This document shows, piece by piece, positions 16,241-26,606 of a DNA stretch of 44,185 nt. The stretch is from a virus (lineage: Duplodnaviria; Heunggongvirae; Uroviricota; Caudoviricetes). The notes beneath the pieces were generated by a model. It had not been told where the DNA came from, did not search any database, and worked only from the letters and a program-made list of their open reading frames with translations. The translations under genes were made by a program, and so were the position numbers. Location: IMG/VR virus record IMGVR_UViG_3300045988_018548. The stretch is one strand, 5' to 3'. Every line of letters starts with the position of its first letter. Position 1 is the stretch's first letter.

Positions 16241-18232
16241 TCCTAGTTTTGTATACGTCCAGTTAAATGTCGTCGTGCCCTGACTTGTTATCGCTACATT
16301 CCTTCCTGATGCAGAAAACGTTATGAATGCCCCCGCTTTTAATGGCGTTAGAGCTAACGCACCATTATACATCGCTAGTTGGGTAGAAGAGTAGTTGGTT
16401 CCGCTACCCGAAGCCCATACACTAATGAGATACATCCCCTGCATATTTGGCAATGTAAACAATGTTGTTTGCGTACGGGCATTTACTGGTTGCGTTCCTT
16501 TCGCGGTGTAGAAACCGGGGGTCTGTAGACCAGTGGATGATACTTGTTGGGTGTACCCACCAGATACAAGACCAGATATCGGGGTGCAGAACCAGTTAAC
16601 GTTACCCTGACTAACCACTGATATAGCGGGGGTGCCACCTGCAGGCGCGCGCCAGCGTCCGCTGTACACGTCAATTCGGGATGTTGCGTCCTTAGCGTAT
16701 AACGTAACAGGGTATCCAGTTCCGGTGTAAGGGATTGCGTTCTCCGACAAGTCATCCTCAGAAGAATCAATTATAACCTGACTTGTTCCGGATGCCTTTA
16801 TGAAAGAAACGACACCACTTGCCGCGGGGGCTACAGTTTTCATCTGGTTTTGATGGGCTGTTAGGCCTGATATTTTGCCATTAGTATTCTCAAAATGGAA
16901 AAGAGTTGCATCCCCACTACCATCTGTGGAAATTATATTTCCTTCCGCATCAAATCCCACAATGTTAACGCTGTGTGAGTTAACGAAATGGACACCTGCT
17001 CCGCCGAATGAACCACCAGAAAGTGTAATGCTTGATTGGTCCATAGCGCAGTTGAGCATAGTTACAGACATAACGGCGCCAAATTGATACGGCGATACGC
17101 ACCCGGAAGTGTAGCAAGTCTCCATCAAAATGGTCGTCCCAAGCGCCTTAATAAAACCATCATGACAATTTCGCGCCCATACGTTTTGTAACTTAGTCAG
17201 ATAAGTCCCGGTGGTGTCGGAGAAACAGCGCCATGCGCCATGTACTGTGCAGTTTTTAATCTCAGACATTTCAAGACCAGTAGTACCGGCTTCAGTGGAA
17301 TAGAAATTAAATGCTATCTTCCCACTATTTCCTGTTGTGACGGTTGGCGTATCTCCCGGATTGTAGAAAATATACAATCCATCAATGAACAGTTGAATCA
17401 TTTTCGTCCCACCGGAAGAGCTGCCCTGAGCGAGCGCGAAAAGGGATATATCTCCGTCAACGGATATAAACGACTGGGCACGGTTGATGCCGTCGGTGTT
17501 CTCGCCGACGATTCTGACGCTATTATTGAAATAGATGGTGGAGTTAACGAAGCCCGTTCCTTTTGGGATTAGCACTGTCTTTTTGGAGTTGCATGCGGCC
17601 TGGATGGCGGCGTAGTCAGTTGACTGGTCAAGGCTGGTAACAAAGGGGTAAACCATCTGGGCTGCTGTAAGAGTAGAGAATTTCTCGCTTAGTGGGTGGA
17701 TGTCACCATCCCATGTAGCGCCGAAGTCATAAATACTCACGGCATCACTTACCTTGCTATGTAGGGTTCTCCCAACGGCTCCGGCCAGTACAGATTTAAC
17801 CCCGACCATGGCGTCGCCTAGTTGCACATCGTCCGTGTTTGCTAAATCATCGCGTAGATATGGGTCGGTCTGCGGCTTCCAGTTAGCGTTACCGACCGGG
17901 TTAAACGATGCATGGACAACAACCGGAAGCGTACCCGCGTATGAGTACCACGTTTTACTTACAGGGTCATACACCACTTTGTCGCGGTCATTAACTGTTA
18001 ACGTACCGCCGGTGGAAAAGTCCCACGATACAGGAGAAAAACCAGCGCCACGCAACACGGCAGGGAGCGTCTTTTGAGTCTGGCCCGTAACAGCATTGGT
18101 CGCGTAATCAATATCAGCGCCACCAGCAACACCGCCGGATTTACCGGTGATAACCTCGGCTTCGAAAATCTGGTGCTTCTTGGCGGTTTGTAAATCCGCC
18201 AGGCTTAAAACGTCACCGCATCCGCTTGACAT
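16238..18232 (-). CDS. tailspike / tail fibre with probable beta-helix depolymerase domain
   Basis: 664 aa, last gene of tail module, Gly/Thr/Ser/Asn-rich repetitive beta-strand composition; specificity not determinable. Confidence 0.55.
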   Translation of the reverse strand: MSSGCGDVLSLADLQTAKKHQIFEAEVITGKSGGVAGGADIDYATNAVTGQTQKTLPAVLRGAGFSPVSWDFSTGGTLTVNDRDKVVYDPVSKTWYSYAGTLPVVVHASFNPVGNANWKPQTDPYLRDDLANTDDVQLGDAMVGVKSVLAGAVGRTLHSKVSDAVSIYDFGATWDGDIHPLSEKFSTLTAAQMVYPFVTSLDQSTDYAAIQAACNSKKTVLIPKGTGFVNSTIYFNNSVRIVGENTDGINRAQSFISVDGDISLFALAQGSSSGGTKMIQLFIDGLYIFYNPGDTPTVTTGNSGKIAFNFYSTEAGTTGLEMSEIKNCTVHGAWRCFSDTTGTYLTKLQNVWARNCHDGFIKALGTTILMETCYTSGCVSPYQFGAVMSVTMLNCAMDQSSITLSGGSFGGAGVHFVNSHSVNIVGFDAEGNIISTDGSGDATLFHFENTNGKISGLTAHQNQMKTVAPAASGVVSFIKASGTSQVIIDSSEDDLSENAIPYTGTGYPVTLYAKDATSRIDVYSGRWRAPAGGTPAISVVSQGNVNWFCTPISGLVSGGYTQQVSSTGLQTPGFYTAKGTQPVNARTQTTLFTLPNMQGMYLISVWASGSGTNYSSTQLAMYNGALALTPLKAGAFITFSASGRNVAITSQGTTTFNWTYTKLG

Positions 18233-18244
18233 ATAGAGTCCTCT

Positions 18245-20875
18245 TTAATTAAAACCATCGCTGAATCCGTCGGAGAAACCGCTGCCGTATGGCGCGACGC
18301 CGTCGTATTTATAGAAATCTGCTTCATAGTTAATCCCGATAATCTTAACCGTTCTGTCGTCTCCGGGGTCAACTGTAGAAACAAGAATCATCTGAGCATT
18401 ATGCCTTGCTTCGTTACCGAATGAAAACTCAGTTTTTAGTGCGCTATTCCCTGTGTATATCGCCTCTTGAGGCGCAGAGAGCATAACCACTTCACGGTCG
18501 TGGCTTCCAGGCACAACAGCAACACTTTGAACTCCGCCGTCTCTCTTCTTAAGAATCAGTGAGTGGTCATCCCCCGGAGTAAACGTAACCGGCTGAGAAA
18601 GAGTAAGGGTAAGCCCATTAACGGCAACGACATAACCATCTTGAGGTGCTACTCGCGAGCCTTTAACTACGCTTATTGCCCGTCCTGGAAGCACAAAAAC
18701 CCCTTCTTCTGTCGCCGTGAATGATACCGTCACCTTCTTCAACAGGTTCTTCTGGTACCGACGGTACGCCGCCCAGTACGCCTGACGATAATTACGTATA
18801 CCTTTAGAGTCATACGTTTCTGTGTTAACACCGCCCTCGGCGGGAATGCTGATGGTCTCTTTTACGTTAGTATCTGGGTCGATGTAGGAGAACTTAAGAC
18901 TATCGTATACCTGAGCGTCGTTGAATGTGCGCGTCCACTTTTCCGAAGCTGTTGTCTTACTTCGATGTGTGAATACCATTTCCGGCCCCATACGCGGGCG
19001 CTCGAAATCCAGTAATATGTCTTGCCCTTTACGATATGGAGTGCAGAAAATAGCATCGGCTATTGTGCTGATGATATCCTGCATGGTCATTTTATAGTCG
19101 TCAAAAGTGTAGCAGAATTGACCCGCCTCCACGTTACCGAAATAGTTTTCTATCTCGGTCTGAGTCGCTAACAACTTGTCCATATTGGATGTTGTTAGGT
19201 TCAGATTACCGACTACCGGGTCGCGGGCAAGACGGATTAAGGATTGAATTGCCTGAGTATTCGGCGTCATAACCGTGTCGAATACGCCGTTGCCGCGGTA
19301 TTTGTACACCATCTCCGTGGCAACCATACGTAGTTGTGGCTGCTTAATCTCCGCGGCACGCGGCGTTTGCTTACGCGCGGAGTGTACGGTAGTACGGTTG
19401 CCATAATGTGGCGTAGTGTCGCGAACCTGCCCATAAAGGTTGATGTACGAAACCTCATCTACCACGGTACCCTCGAAATCGAGGTCCAGATTAGTTACAC
19501 GGCGGGCGCGTACCCTAACTTTCGACCGAACGGGCAAGTCGGCGTAAATAGTAACTCCGGTGTAGTCGGCGGACCGACCAGATATAACGGCCTGTTTTGA
19601 ATAGATACTCCCGTATGGGGCACCGGTTTCATCGAGTAGTTGGTATTGGAGTTCAATAGTTACCGACGTACGCAATTTACTGCCGTTGTCTTTATACATA
19701 CCGTTAGCGGCAGCGATGTTGGCTACTACGCGTTCAACTTCCAGGCGGTTTAAGGTGGTCCAGTCGGTTAATGTTCTTTTATACGTATCCACGGGGCCTA
19801 CCCACGTGTCACTTCTCTGGGAAAGTGAATAGGTGGTTGAGCCTAAAGCAGCCCAATTAGACGCGCCGCCGGTGTCGACCCGCAGCTCGAAGTTATCGAC
19901 ATAAAGAACACGAAAGTTGCCGTTGGTATTTGTTACGTCCGGAACGTCAAAGTTATTGAACGACGCGGTGTCACCAACAGATAATATTTCCGCGAAGCCA
20001 GAATCCCCCGTGCCGTCATACAGGTATCCAATTTTTGTAGCAGAGTCATATCTCACGCGGCCCGTGTCGCTTGGGTTGACCCGAATATCGTTCTGGGCTT
20101 TAAGAACGGCTCCATCTACTTCATTAGACGCGATAGTTATATAAAGATTCTGATTGATAGGTTCCCCCACCAGAAGCTGCGGGGTATTTGTATTGTTGGG
20201 GGATGTAAACGGCGCGTACACCGCGACAGAGGTCCCCGTAATCTCCTGTACCTTAGTATCGCCGTCGGTAATATCTTCGGCCTTGATGTCCAGATACCCA
20301 CGACCGGCATCGTAGTATCCGTATTCAATAATGCGACCAGATTCATCGAATATTTTATAGGTAGTCATGAGGTCATTAGGGATAGTCTGGACTCTGCCGC
20401 AAATATCATACGACCGTTCATATGGACGGGGTTTATTGTTTCGGTCCGTCAGGCTGTTGTTGGGGGACTCAGCCTGCCGGTTCGCTAAACTCGTTTTAGG
20501 CGTTTTCTGCGACGGAGAAATCAACTTGGTAACAAATTTAAGCACACCCAAAGGGTCCAGGAGTTTACCCAGAAAACCGCCACCGCCACCAGCGCCTTCG
20601 ATAATATGGAAAACATCGTCTTCTTTCAGCGCTTCGAAATCTTCAGTTACTTCCGTGTCCTCGCCGATCTCGCCACGGTAAATACGTACAGGCACCCCGT
20701 CGGGGATGTTAGCGACGACGTATTCCATCGGCGGTACGTTGTGCCGTTCGCGGTCGAAAGTACCGTCTTCGTTACGGGTGTAATGTAATGTCAGCGCCAA
20801 AATTCTATCTCCGCATAAGTTTCGCGCAAGTCTTCCAGACGGTCTAACCGTACCTGGCGACTCGCCAGCTCGCAA
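18245..20875 (-). CDS. tail tip host-specificity protein (lambda J-like position)
   Basis: 876 aa directly downstream of K/L/M-like genes; track start probably too far upstream (overlaps K-like gene). Confidence 0.6.
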   Translation of the reverse strand: MRAGESPGTVRPSGRLARNLCGDRILALTLHYTRNEDGTFDRERHNVPPMEYVVANIPDGVPVRIYRGEIGEDTEVTEDFEALKEDDVFHIIEGAGGGGGFLGKLLDPLGVLKFVTKLISPSQKTPKTSLANRQAESPNNSLTDRNNKPRPYERSYDICGRVQTIPNDLMTTYKIFDESGRIIEYGYYDAGRGYLDIKAEDITDGDTKVQEITGTSVAVYAPFTSPNNTNTPQLLVGEPINQNLYITIASNEVDGAVLKAQNDIRVNPSDTGRVRYDSATKIGYLYDGTGDSGFAEILSVGDTASFNNFDVPDVTNTNGNFRVLYVDNFELRVDTGGASNWAALGSTTYSLSQRSDTWVGPVDTYKRTLTDWTTLNRLEVERVVANIAAANGMYKDNGSKLRTSVTIELQYQLLDETGAPYGSIYSKQAVISGRSADYTGVTIYADLPVRSKVRVRARRVTNLDLDFEGTVVDEVSYINLYGQVRDTTPHYGNRTTVHSARKQTPRAAEIKQPQLRMVATEMVYKYRGNGVFDTVMTPNTQAIQSLIRLARDPVVGNLNLTTSNMDKLLATQTEIENYFGNVEAGQFCYTFDDYKMTMQDIISTIADAIFCTPYRKGQDILLDFERPRMGPEMVFTHRSKTTASEKWTRTFNDAQVYDSLKFSYIDPDTNVKETISIPAEGGVNTETYDSKGIRNYRQAYWAAYRRYQKNLLKKVTVSFTATEEGVFVLPGRAISVVKGSRVAPQDGYVVAVNGLTLTLSQPVTFTPGDDHSLILKKRDGGVQSVAVVPGSHDREVVMLSAPQEAIYTGNSALKTEFSFGNEARHNAQMILVSTVDPGDDRTVKIIGINYEADFYKYDGVAPYGSGFSDGFSDGFN

Positions 20876-21156
20876 TGACTAACCATACCGTCATAGTATA
20901 CTCCGGCGTGCCAGATTACACGGTTTCTGTGCCGTGTTGCCATCAGCACGGCATCGAAGTTTTGCGGAGTTTCTACGCGTACAAGGCCTTTAGTATCTTT
21001 ATGGCCTTCTTCGAAGGCGTCGTTAATCTGTGTTGGCGAAGCGACGTTAAACTCAGGCGTAAAGAGGCCTACATCCGCACGAACGTTACGGACATGGTGC
21101 CAGCAATTACGACGGCGAAAGTCGTACGGCAACCCTGTATAAGAATTAATATTCAT
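20791..21156 (-). CDS. tail assembly protein with NlpC/P60-like domain (lambda K-like)
   Basis: 121 aa; Cys-His pattern CWHHVRNV ... HAGVYYDG; position between L-like and J-like genes. Confidence 0.55.
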   Translation of the reverse strand: MNINSYTGLPYDFRRRNCWHHVRNVRADVGLFTPEFNVASPTQINDAFEEGHKDTKGLVRVETPQNFDAVLMATRHRNRVIWHAGVYYDGMVSHCELASRQVRLDRLEDLRETYAEIEFWR

Positions 21157-21668
21157 GTGGACAAAACGCCCCGTAACAATGGGATTACTGAAGGGGTCAT
21201 TAGTTCACCAGTGGCCCTTTGGTTCAACATAGGAACGCCAACGTCGGCGGTAAATAGCCCCTTTTCCTGGTTTATCGACTGCAACTCGTACACAACAGGC
21301 CCATCAGCCGGGTAAGACAAATCAGTACCAACAAAACGGCGGAATATGAATTTAGGTAGCACGGTATTATCAGGCGGTATCCTGTCCATCTCATCATCTA
21401 ACTGGTTACCAATATCAGGTAATGCGAACGACGCCCGCTGGTCCATGTCGTTATTGTTGGCGGCCCCTTTAGCCTCCATAGGGGTAGCCTCAAACGTTAC
21501 GACTTCTCCGGTCTCTAACGTCGCCGTCAGGTCGGAAGTTCCGCGCACAAGCAAATACCGCTTTGAAAGAAGCGGGTGTACTATCTCCAGCGTCGTGTAG
21601 TCAATTTCGCCGTCGGGATTTGAGGCCAGCTTACGGCGGTAGGCTGCTTCTACAGATTCCTGGCTCAT
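21153..21668 (-). CDS. minor tail protein (lambda L-like position)
   Basis: 171 aa; assigned by position only. Confidence 0.45.
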   Translation of the reverse strand: MSQESVEAAYRRKLASNPDGEIDYTTLEIVHPLLSKRYLLVRGTSDLTATLETGEVVTFEATPMEAKGAANNNDMDQRASFALPDIGNQLDDEMDRIPPDNTVLPKFIFRRFVGTDLSYPADGPVVYELQSINQEKGLFTADVGVPMLNQRATGELMTPSVIPLLRGVLST

Positions 21669-21671
21669 AAA

Positions 21672-23084
21672 TTAACCGTCCACATTAAAATCAATACGAG
21701 TAATATATTTACTGCCCCACGCCGAATCCGCTCGGGGGATGGCGGCGTAATCATCAACAGCTTGAACGTTTACCACAGAGCCGTCTGAATATGTAATATC
21801 AATGCTTGTTGCACCGTTCATTACTACTTTTGCGGTTGCTGTAGGTCTGGCCACCGGCGATGCTTCTGTTACTATCGGGGATGTGGAGAATTCTGACTTT
21901 TCAACTTGTGAGTGTGCTACTAAAATGCCGCGGACGCCATCCCCTGTAAATGAGGCGAGTCTTGTAGATGAAGGAGACGCCGCGGGAGATATTATGAATT
22001 GTCTATTTACCGACATATCGCCGGTAATAACTACCGACATGGCACAGTAGTACCACCCATTACCAAGAGGATATATTAACTTATCCTCTGCACTTCCTGC
22101 GGAAACGACCCCGGCTTCCAAGTCAAAATTAGCGTACAATTCTGAGACGCCAGTTGATCCGCCAAAATATAGAGTTTGCAGAGTCGATGCCGTGTTTGCT
22201 TTGGCGATGACAGAGCATGTTAATTTTGTGCCAATAGGTGCTAATGGTATAGCACCTCCTATATAGTGCGACCCTGTCGCCGTGGTAGGTATAAGAGAAG
22301 AAGACTCAACGCCGTTAAACAACATATCAGTATTTGGCGTCGTTATAATCCTACTGCGAAGATTCCAATTTGCGCCATTAAAATCACGGCTATCCGGCAA
22401 AATATTTTCCGCCATATTTTCCGGCGGCACACGCCCAACCGCAACACCATCAATAAACGTAAGAGGCCATTCATTAGTGGCGGACTGCACAAGATTTCCG
22501 TTGCGATTGATGTAATAAACCTGCGGCCCGTCGTACACAATGCGGCTAGCCAGGGCGGACGCCAGAAGGTTAATCGGCGGGTATCCTGCGGGCCCTTCAT
22601 CGCTCCAGATGCGCGGGAACGTAGTCTCATAGTTCGCGTATATTTTCAGGAAACTACCCAGACAATCCCCGTAGCAACCATACAAATCTGGCAGATTCTT
22701 AGTAAGACATGTGTCTTCCTGAATTGCTGTGCGCTCTGCTGTAGCCGTAAACGTAATGACCCAGTTCTTGCCGTCGTCTGTGCTATCGCTAATGTCCGAC
22801 GTAATAAGTACCTGGTGGTCTTCGAGACCTAAACCCGTATCGTGCGGCATGGTAAATGAAGACGCACCGCCGTCTATGTTGTTCAGGAAGCTATAGAAAG
22901 CCTGGCGACCGAGCGATGATACGACCAGGGTAACGCTAATCGGCACCGGTTCGAAGTATGTATCACGCCCCTGACGAGGCACACCGCCCTGAACTTCTGT
23001 ACGCCAGATATTACTCCCTCGCGTTTGGGAGTACCCCTTCGACACTATTGGTCGAAGGGACATAGGGAATCTCAAATCACTCAT
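21672..23084 (-). CDS. minor/distal tail protein (lambda M-like position)
   Basis: 470 aa immediately downstream of tape measure gene. Confidence 0.45.
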   Translation of the reverse strand: MSDLRFPMSLRPIVSKGYSQTRGSNIWRTEVQGGVPRQGRDTYFEPVPISVTLVVSSLGRQAFYSFLNNIDGGASSFTMPHDTGLGLEDHQVLITSDISDSTDDGKNWVITFTATAERTAIQEDTCLTKNLPDLYGCYGDCLGSFLKIYANYETTFPRIWSDEGPAGYPPINLLASALASRIVYDGPQVYYINRNGNLVQSATNEWPLTFIDGVAVGRVPPENMAENILPDSRDFNGANWNLRSRIITTPNTDMLFNGVESSSLIPTTATGSHYIGGAIPLAPIGTKLTCSVIAKANTASTLQTLYFGGSTGVSELYANFDLEAGVVSAGSAEDKLIYPLGNGWYYCAMSVVITGDMSVNRQFIISPAASPSSTRLASFTGDGVRGILVAHSQVEKSEFSTSPIVTEASPVARPTATAKVVMNGATSIDITYSDGSVVNVQAVDDYAAIPRADSAWGSKYITRIDFNVDG

Positions 23085-23087
23085 TGG

Positions 23088-25424
23088 TTAATACCCCGGC
23101 TGGTTTCGTGTAGCCCGGCGGGACTTGGAGATTGCACTGTTGCTGTCTTGTAACGCCGCCGATACTGTTTCACTGATGATAACACGTAACCGCCCTTCGT
23201 CGTCACGCTCTGTAACGGCGGAATCAACTCGTCCGGTGGTGTTGTTGACGATTGTCACGCTGTCACCGCCTGACTTGTTGCCGTTCTCGCCCATAATCTG
23301 GCGCATCTGTTCTGCGGTACGGACGCGTGACGCACCTGCCGGCATAATAACTTCGGGCTTGTTACGTTCTGCAATGGTGGATAGCTGCCCGGCAGCTAAG
23401 TTACCACCCTGTTCACGGGCCGAACGAATCTTGCTGATGTTAGCGAGACCTGCCGCTACCGCTGTAGCTGCTGCTATCGGCCCAAGTATCCAACCAACAA
23501 AAGGAATCGCGGACGCAGATTTATAAGCCTCGATGGCGGATGTGTATGTGGCGATGGTGGCCTGGGCGATAGCAAACGCTTTATAAGCGGTAGACGCTTC
23601 GCCAAGCGACGATTTAATATTATCCGCCATCATTCCGAAAGCGTTACCGGTAGCGTTGGCACGTTTCAAGGCATACTGGTCGTTTATAGCATTAACCGCA
23701 GCCTGGTACTGCTCCTCGTTAATAAGGTTCTGTTCGCGATATCGGTCTGCAACGTCAAGTTTTTGTTGTTCCTGAATCTCCAGAAGCTCAAGCTCTGCGG
23801 CATTCTGACCCATAATCTGAGCCATGAAGTCTTCACCTTTCTGGTTCTTCTCCTGTCGTTCTTTCTCCCGCTTGGCGAGTTCTTCCTGGCGAGCGGTGTC
23901 CGCCTCCAACATAATCTGAGTTTTAGCGTTCTCGTATTGCTGGTCGCTAAGAAGCTGATTGCCGTAAAACTCCTGTAGCTTGGTTAGCTGCTGTTCCTGG
24001 TTGGCTTCTATTTTCTGGAATACGTCATCATTGAGATGAATCGACTGGTAGTAGAAATCCTCAGCGGCTTTCTTCTGGCGCTCGAACGCATCTGCGGCTT
24101 TCTTAGCGGCTTTTGCACCTGCGCTATCATCTTCGGATCCGCCACCAGTACCGGTTACCTTAAATTTACTAAGACCTTCTTCCTTAGCGGCTTCTTTGTC
24201 GATGTCATATGCCGCGCGTTTAAGCGCGACAATATTTTGCTGAGCCTCCACCTGTTCGCGGAAACTTTTACGGGTCAGGTCCGCAACATCACGCTGAGTA
24301 TCCAGTGCCATCCCTAACTGGAAGTTAATGTTTTTTGCTACGTCTACGGATTCCCCTGGTGTGAAGGCAGCTTTCACCAACCGGCCAGCGTCCTGTGCCC
24401 CTTTAACCATATCTTCAAAGAATCGCTCCATCGCGGTAAATTCTTCCGCTATGAAATCGAGTGCATCGGCGGCTGATTCCGCGATGGTTGTCGCCGTTTG
24501 TTCACCGCTATCGGTGATACTTTTACTGCTAAAATCCCAAAGTTCATTCAGCCCGTTTATCGCGTCGCCTACGAAACCAAATGCCGCGTCGAACGACATC
24601 TCTATCGCGCTGCCCACTTCTGATGCGATGTCACCCCACATACGCATCTCGGCGGCGAGTTCACCGGATGCCACCTGTGCGTTAAGTTCCTGGATTAAAT
24701 CATCGATGTACCGGATAGGTTCCGCAAGAGCACCAACATCAAGGCTGGTAGCCAGTGTCATTTTTAACTGCGACCAGGAATCGCTGGCACTGGCGATGGC
24801 CCCGTTAAGTGTGTTGGCCTGGTCCGCCATAGCCCCCGCGAAGTTTACGTTACCAATGTTGAGCAGGTATTGCTCGATGTCGGCAGCGCTCTTCTTAACT
24901 ACCGTAGTGGTGCCCTGGAATGTAAATTCAACATCGTCTTTGTTTTGCTTGGCCTTGATGCCGAATTCTTTAAGGCGCTCAAATTCAAATGTACTGGCGT
25001 CCGCAACGGCCTCAATCATCTGATTAAGGTCTTTACCCATAGCAGCGGCAGTGTTGCCATAGGAGCGCAACGCTTCTTCTGACGGTGTAAGGCCGAGAGC
25101 CACCAGTTTACGGAATCCCTCTACCGCCTGTTCAAGACCATACGGGGTGTCGCGCGCGAAGTCTTGCAGGATGCTTAACGCCTGTCTTGCACCCTGCGTG
25201 CTTCCGGTTAGTGTTTTCAGGCTGGCGGACATCTTGTCCAGTTGCCGTTGGGAGTCTACCAGTTCCTGTGCGGCCTTGTACGCGGTAGCGGCGACGATGG
25301 AAGCGAGGCCCGCTACCGCAGCTCCGGCTACCTTTGCAGACTTGGAAAGGTTATCAAGACGGTCTGATGTAGCTTTCGCGCCTTGCTCTGATACTTTTAC
25401 AACTAAACTAGCTACATCAGCCAT
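23088..25424 (-). CDS. tail tape measure protein
   Basis: 778 aa, Ala/Gln/Glu-rich and predominantly helical, after chaperone pair. Confidence 0.8.
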   Translation of the reverse strand: MADVASLVVKVSEQGAKATSDRLDNLSKSAKVAGAAVAGLASIVAATAYKAAQELVDSQRQLDKMSASLKTLTGSTQGARQALSILQDFARDTPYGLEQAVEGFRKLVALGLTPSEEALRSYGNTAAAMGKDLNQMIEAVADASTFEFERLKEFGIKAKQNKDDVEFTFQGTTTVVKKSAADIEQYLLNIGNVNFAGAMADQANTLNGAIASASDSWSQLKMTLATSLDVGALAEPIRYIDDLIQELNAQVASGELAAEMRMWGDIASEVGSAIEMSFDAAFGFVGDAINGLNELWDFSSKSITDSGEQTATTIAESAADALDFIAEEFTAMERFFEDMVKGAQDAGRLVKAAFTPGESVDVAKNINFQLGMALDTQRDVADLTRKSFREQVEAQQNIVALKRAAYDIDKEAAKEEGLSKFKVTGTGGGSEDDSAGAKAAKKAADAFERQKKAAEDFYYQSIHLNDDVFQKIEANQEQQLTKLQEFYGNQLLSDQQYENAKTQIMLEADTARQEELAKREKERQEKNQKGEDFMAQIMGQNAAELELLEIQEQQKLDVADRYREQNLINEEQYQAAVNAINDQYALKRANATGNAFGMMADNIKSSLGEASTAYKAFAIAQATIATYTSAIEAYKSASAIPFVGWILGPIAAATAVAAGLANISKIRSAREQGGNLAAGQLSTIAERNKPEVIMPAGASRVRTAEQMRQIMGENGNKSGGDSVTIVNNTTGRVDSAVTERDDEGRLRVIISETVSAALQDSNSAISKSRRATRNQPGY

Positions 25425-25776
25425 CGTTTCTACCCTCGAAAATAGCGTCTAAGCTCATGATGATGTCAGATTCGAACATGCCTATATTCTGGCCTGAAAC
25501 GGTGCTGTATGCCACTAAATCCGACCATCTTAACTGTTCGCGCGGGTACATCTTGATGCCATCATCGTCCACTCGGCGGGTGAATTTGATTTCCCTGTAC
25601 TTCTCGAAGGTGGTTAATAGCTCAGGGGGGCATTCCGGCCCTGTGTCCTGCGTTGCTTCCGGCGCGTCTTGCATAACCCCCATAGCAATTAGCGCGGCTT
25701 TATGCCCGTCGGCGATACTGTCAAACTCCCGCCGTTTGTGGCGGGTTATGAAGTTCCAACGGGCAAACTGGAGCAA
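25417..25776 (-). CDS. tail assembly chaperone, frameshift-extension (T) segment
   Basis: No ATG start (track uses TTG); in -1 frame relative to the upstream chaperone ORF. Confidence 0.5.
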   Translation of the reverse strand: MLQFARWNFITRHKRREFDSIADGHKAALIAMGVMQDAPEATQDTGPECPPELLTTFEKYREIKFTRRVDDDGIKMYPREQLRWSDLVAYSTVSGQNIGMFESDIIMSLDAIFEGRNDG

Positions 25777-25781
25777 CGCGT

Positions 25782-26198
25782 CTACTTTTCCTGCAATTGG
25801 TGAAGCTGTTCATTGTGGAAAACAACAACGTGTTCAGCGAGTCGTTTATATTGTGAGAAAAGAGTATTCAGGTTCTCTTTATTAAATTCATCGTCGAGAC
25901 TCCAACCGTTAACCAGTTCAAGCGCTAACTGGCGGTTAAGGTCCGTTGCGGCGTCTTCCATCTTGATGTTGTATTCCGAGAAATCTTTCAGTTCCTCGCA
26001 TTTATCGCGAAGCGGTTTCAATTTACCTAATGCCGCGCGGTACGCAAGTGTAAACGCCCTCATAGCTTTAACAGCAACGTCTGCCTCCGGTGAAACAACG
26101 TTCAGCCACTCCCCTGAATCGGTGCCGTCTTTCAGTGGTATCGGCATACGGGCGCCTTTTTCTGCCTCAGCTTCGTAATAAAAATCAGAAAGTTTCAT
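25782..26198 (-). CDS. tail assembly chaperone (G-like)
   Basis: 138-aa acidic ORF directly upstream of tape measure, canonical position. Confidence 0.5.
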   Translation of the reverse strand: MKLSDFYYEAEAEKGARMPIPLKDGTDSGEWLNVVSPEADVAVKAMRAFTLAYRAALGKLKPLRDKCEELKDFSEYNIKMEDAATDLNRQLALELVNGWSLDDEFNKENLNTLFSQYKRLAEHVVVFHNEQLHQLQEK

Positions 26199-26306
26199 TC
26201 TTTAATCCTTTGGTTAAGAGGTTACAGGTTAATGGTAAATGCGCCAGACGGGAACCACCCGCTTTTCGTGTGCGACACTAGGCGCAAAATTATTCTATCA
26301 CATTAC

Positions 26307-26342
26307 TTGCGCACCCCAACATAATAGGATACTATTCACTTA
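26307..26342 (+). promoter_or_regulatory. class II conserved promoter motif (TTGCGC-N17-TACTAT)
   Basis: TTGCGCACCCCAACATAATAGGATACTATTCACTTA, about 35 bp upstream of ATG 26377. Confidence 0.55.
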
Positions 26343-26376
26343 CACCAACAATGTTAACTCAAACAGGAGCTACACC

Positions 26377-26568
26377 ATGACAGGTATTACTATGTTCTTC
26401 TTAATCATTATCGTTTTAGTTTATTTTATCCCGTTTTTAGTGGCCCATATGCGCGGACATAAAGCGAAACTGGCGATATTCATGGCTAATCTGTTTCTCG
26501 GCTGGGTTCTGCTGCCGTGGGTATTTATTTTAATCTGGGCTTGCAACTCGAATGTCAAAGAGAAGTGA
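26377..26568 (+). CDS. small membrane protein (two predicted TM helices)
   Basis: 63 aa; MFFLIIIVLVYFIPFLVA and LFLGWVLLPWVFILIWA; RBS AGGAG. Confidence 0.45.
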   Translation: MTGITMFFLIIIVLVYFIPFLVAHMRGHKAKLAIFMANLFLGWVLLPWVFILIWACNSNVKEK

Positions 26569-26606
26569 GCTAGTATAGGACAAATCCTAAACACGAGGAA
26601 GTAAGC

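Noticed and set aside
22266-22832. 188-aa plus-strand ORF antisense to the minor tail gene
   Set aside because: Arg/Cys-rich shadow-like composition and no RBS
24328-25023. 231-aa plus-strand ORF inside the tape measure gene
   Set aside because: Low-complexity Ser/Ala-rich translation typical of an antisense shadow; no RBS; tape measure gene strongly supported
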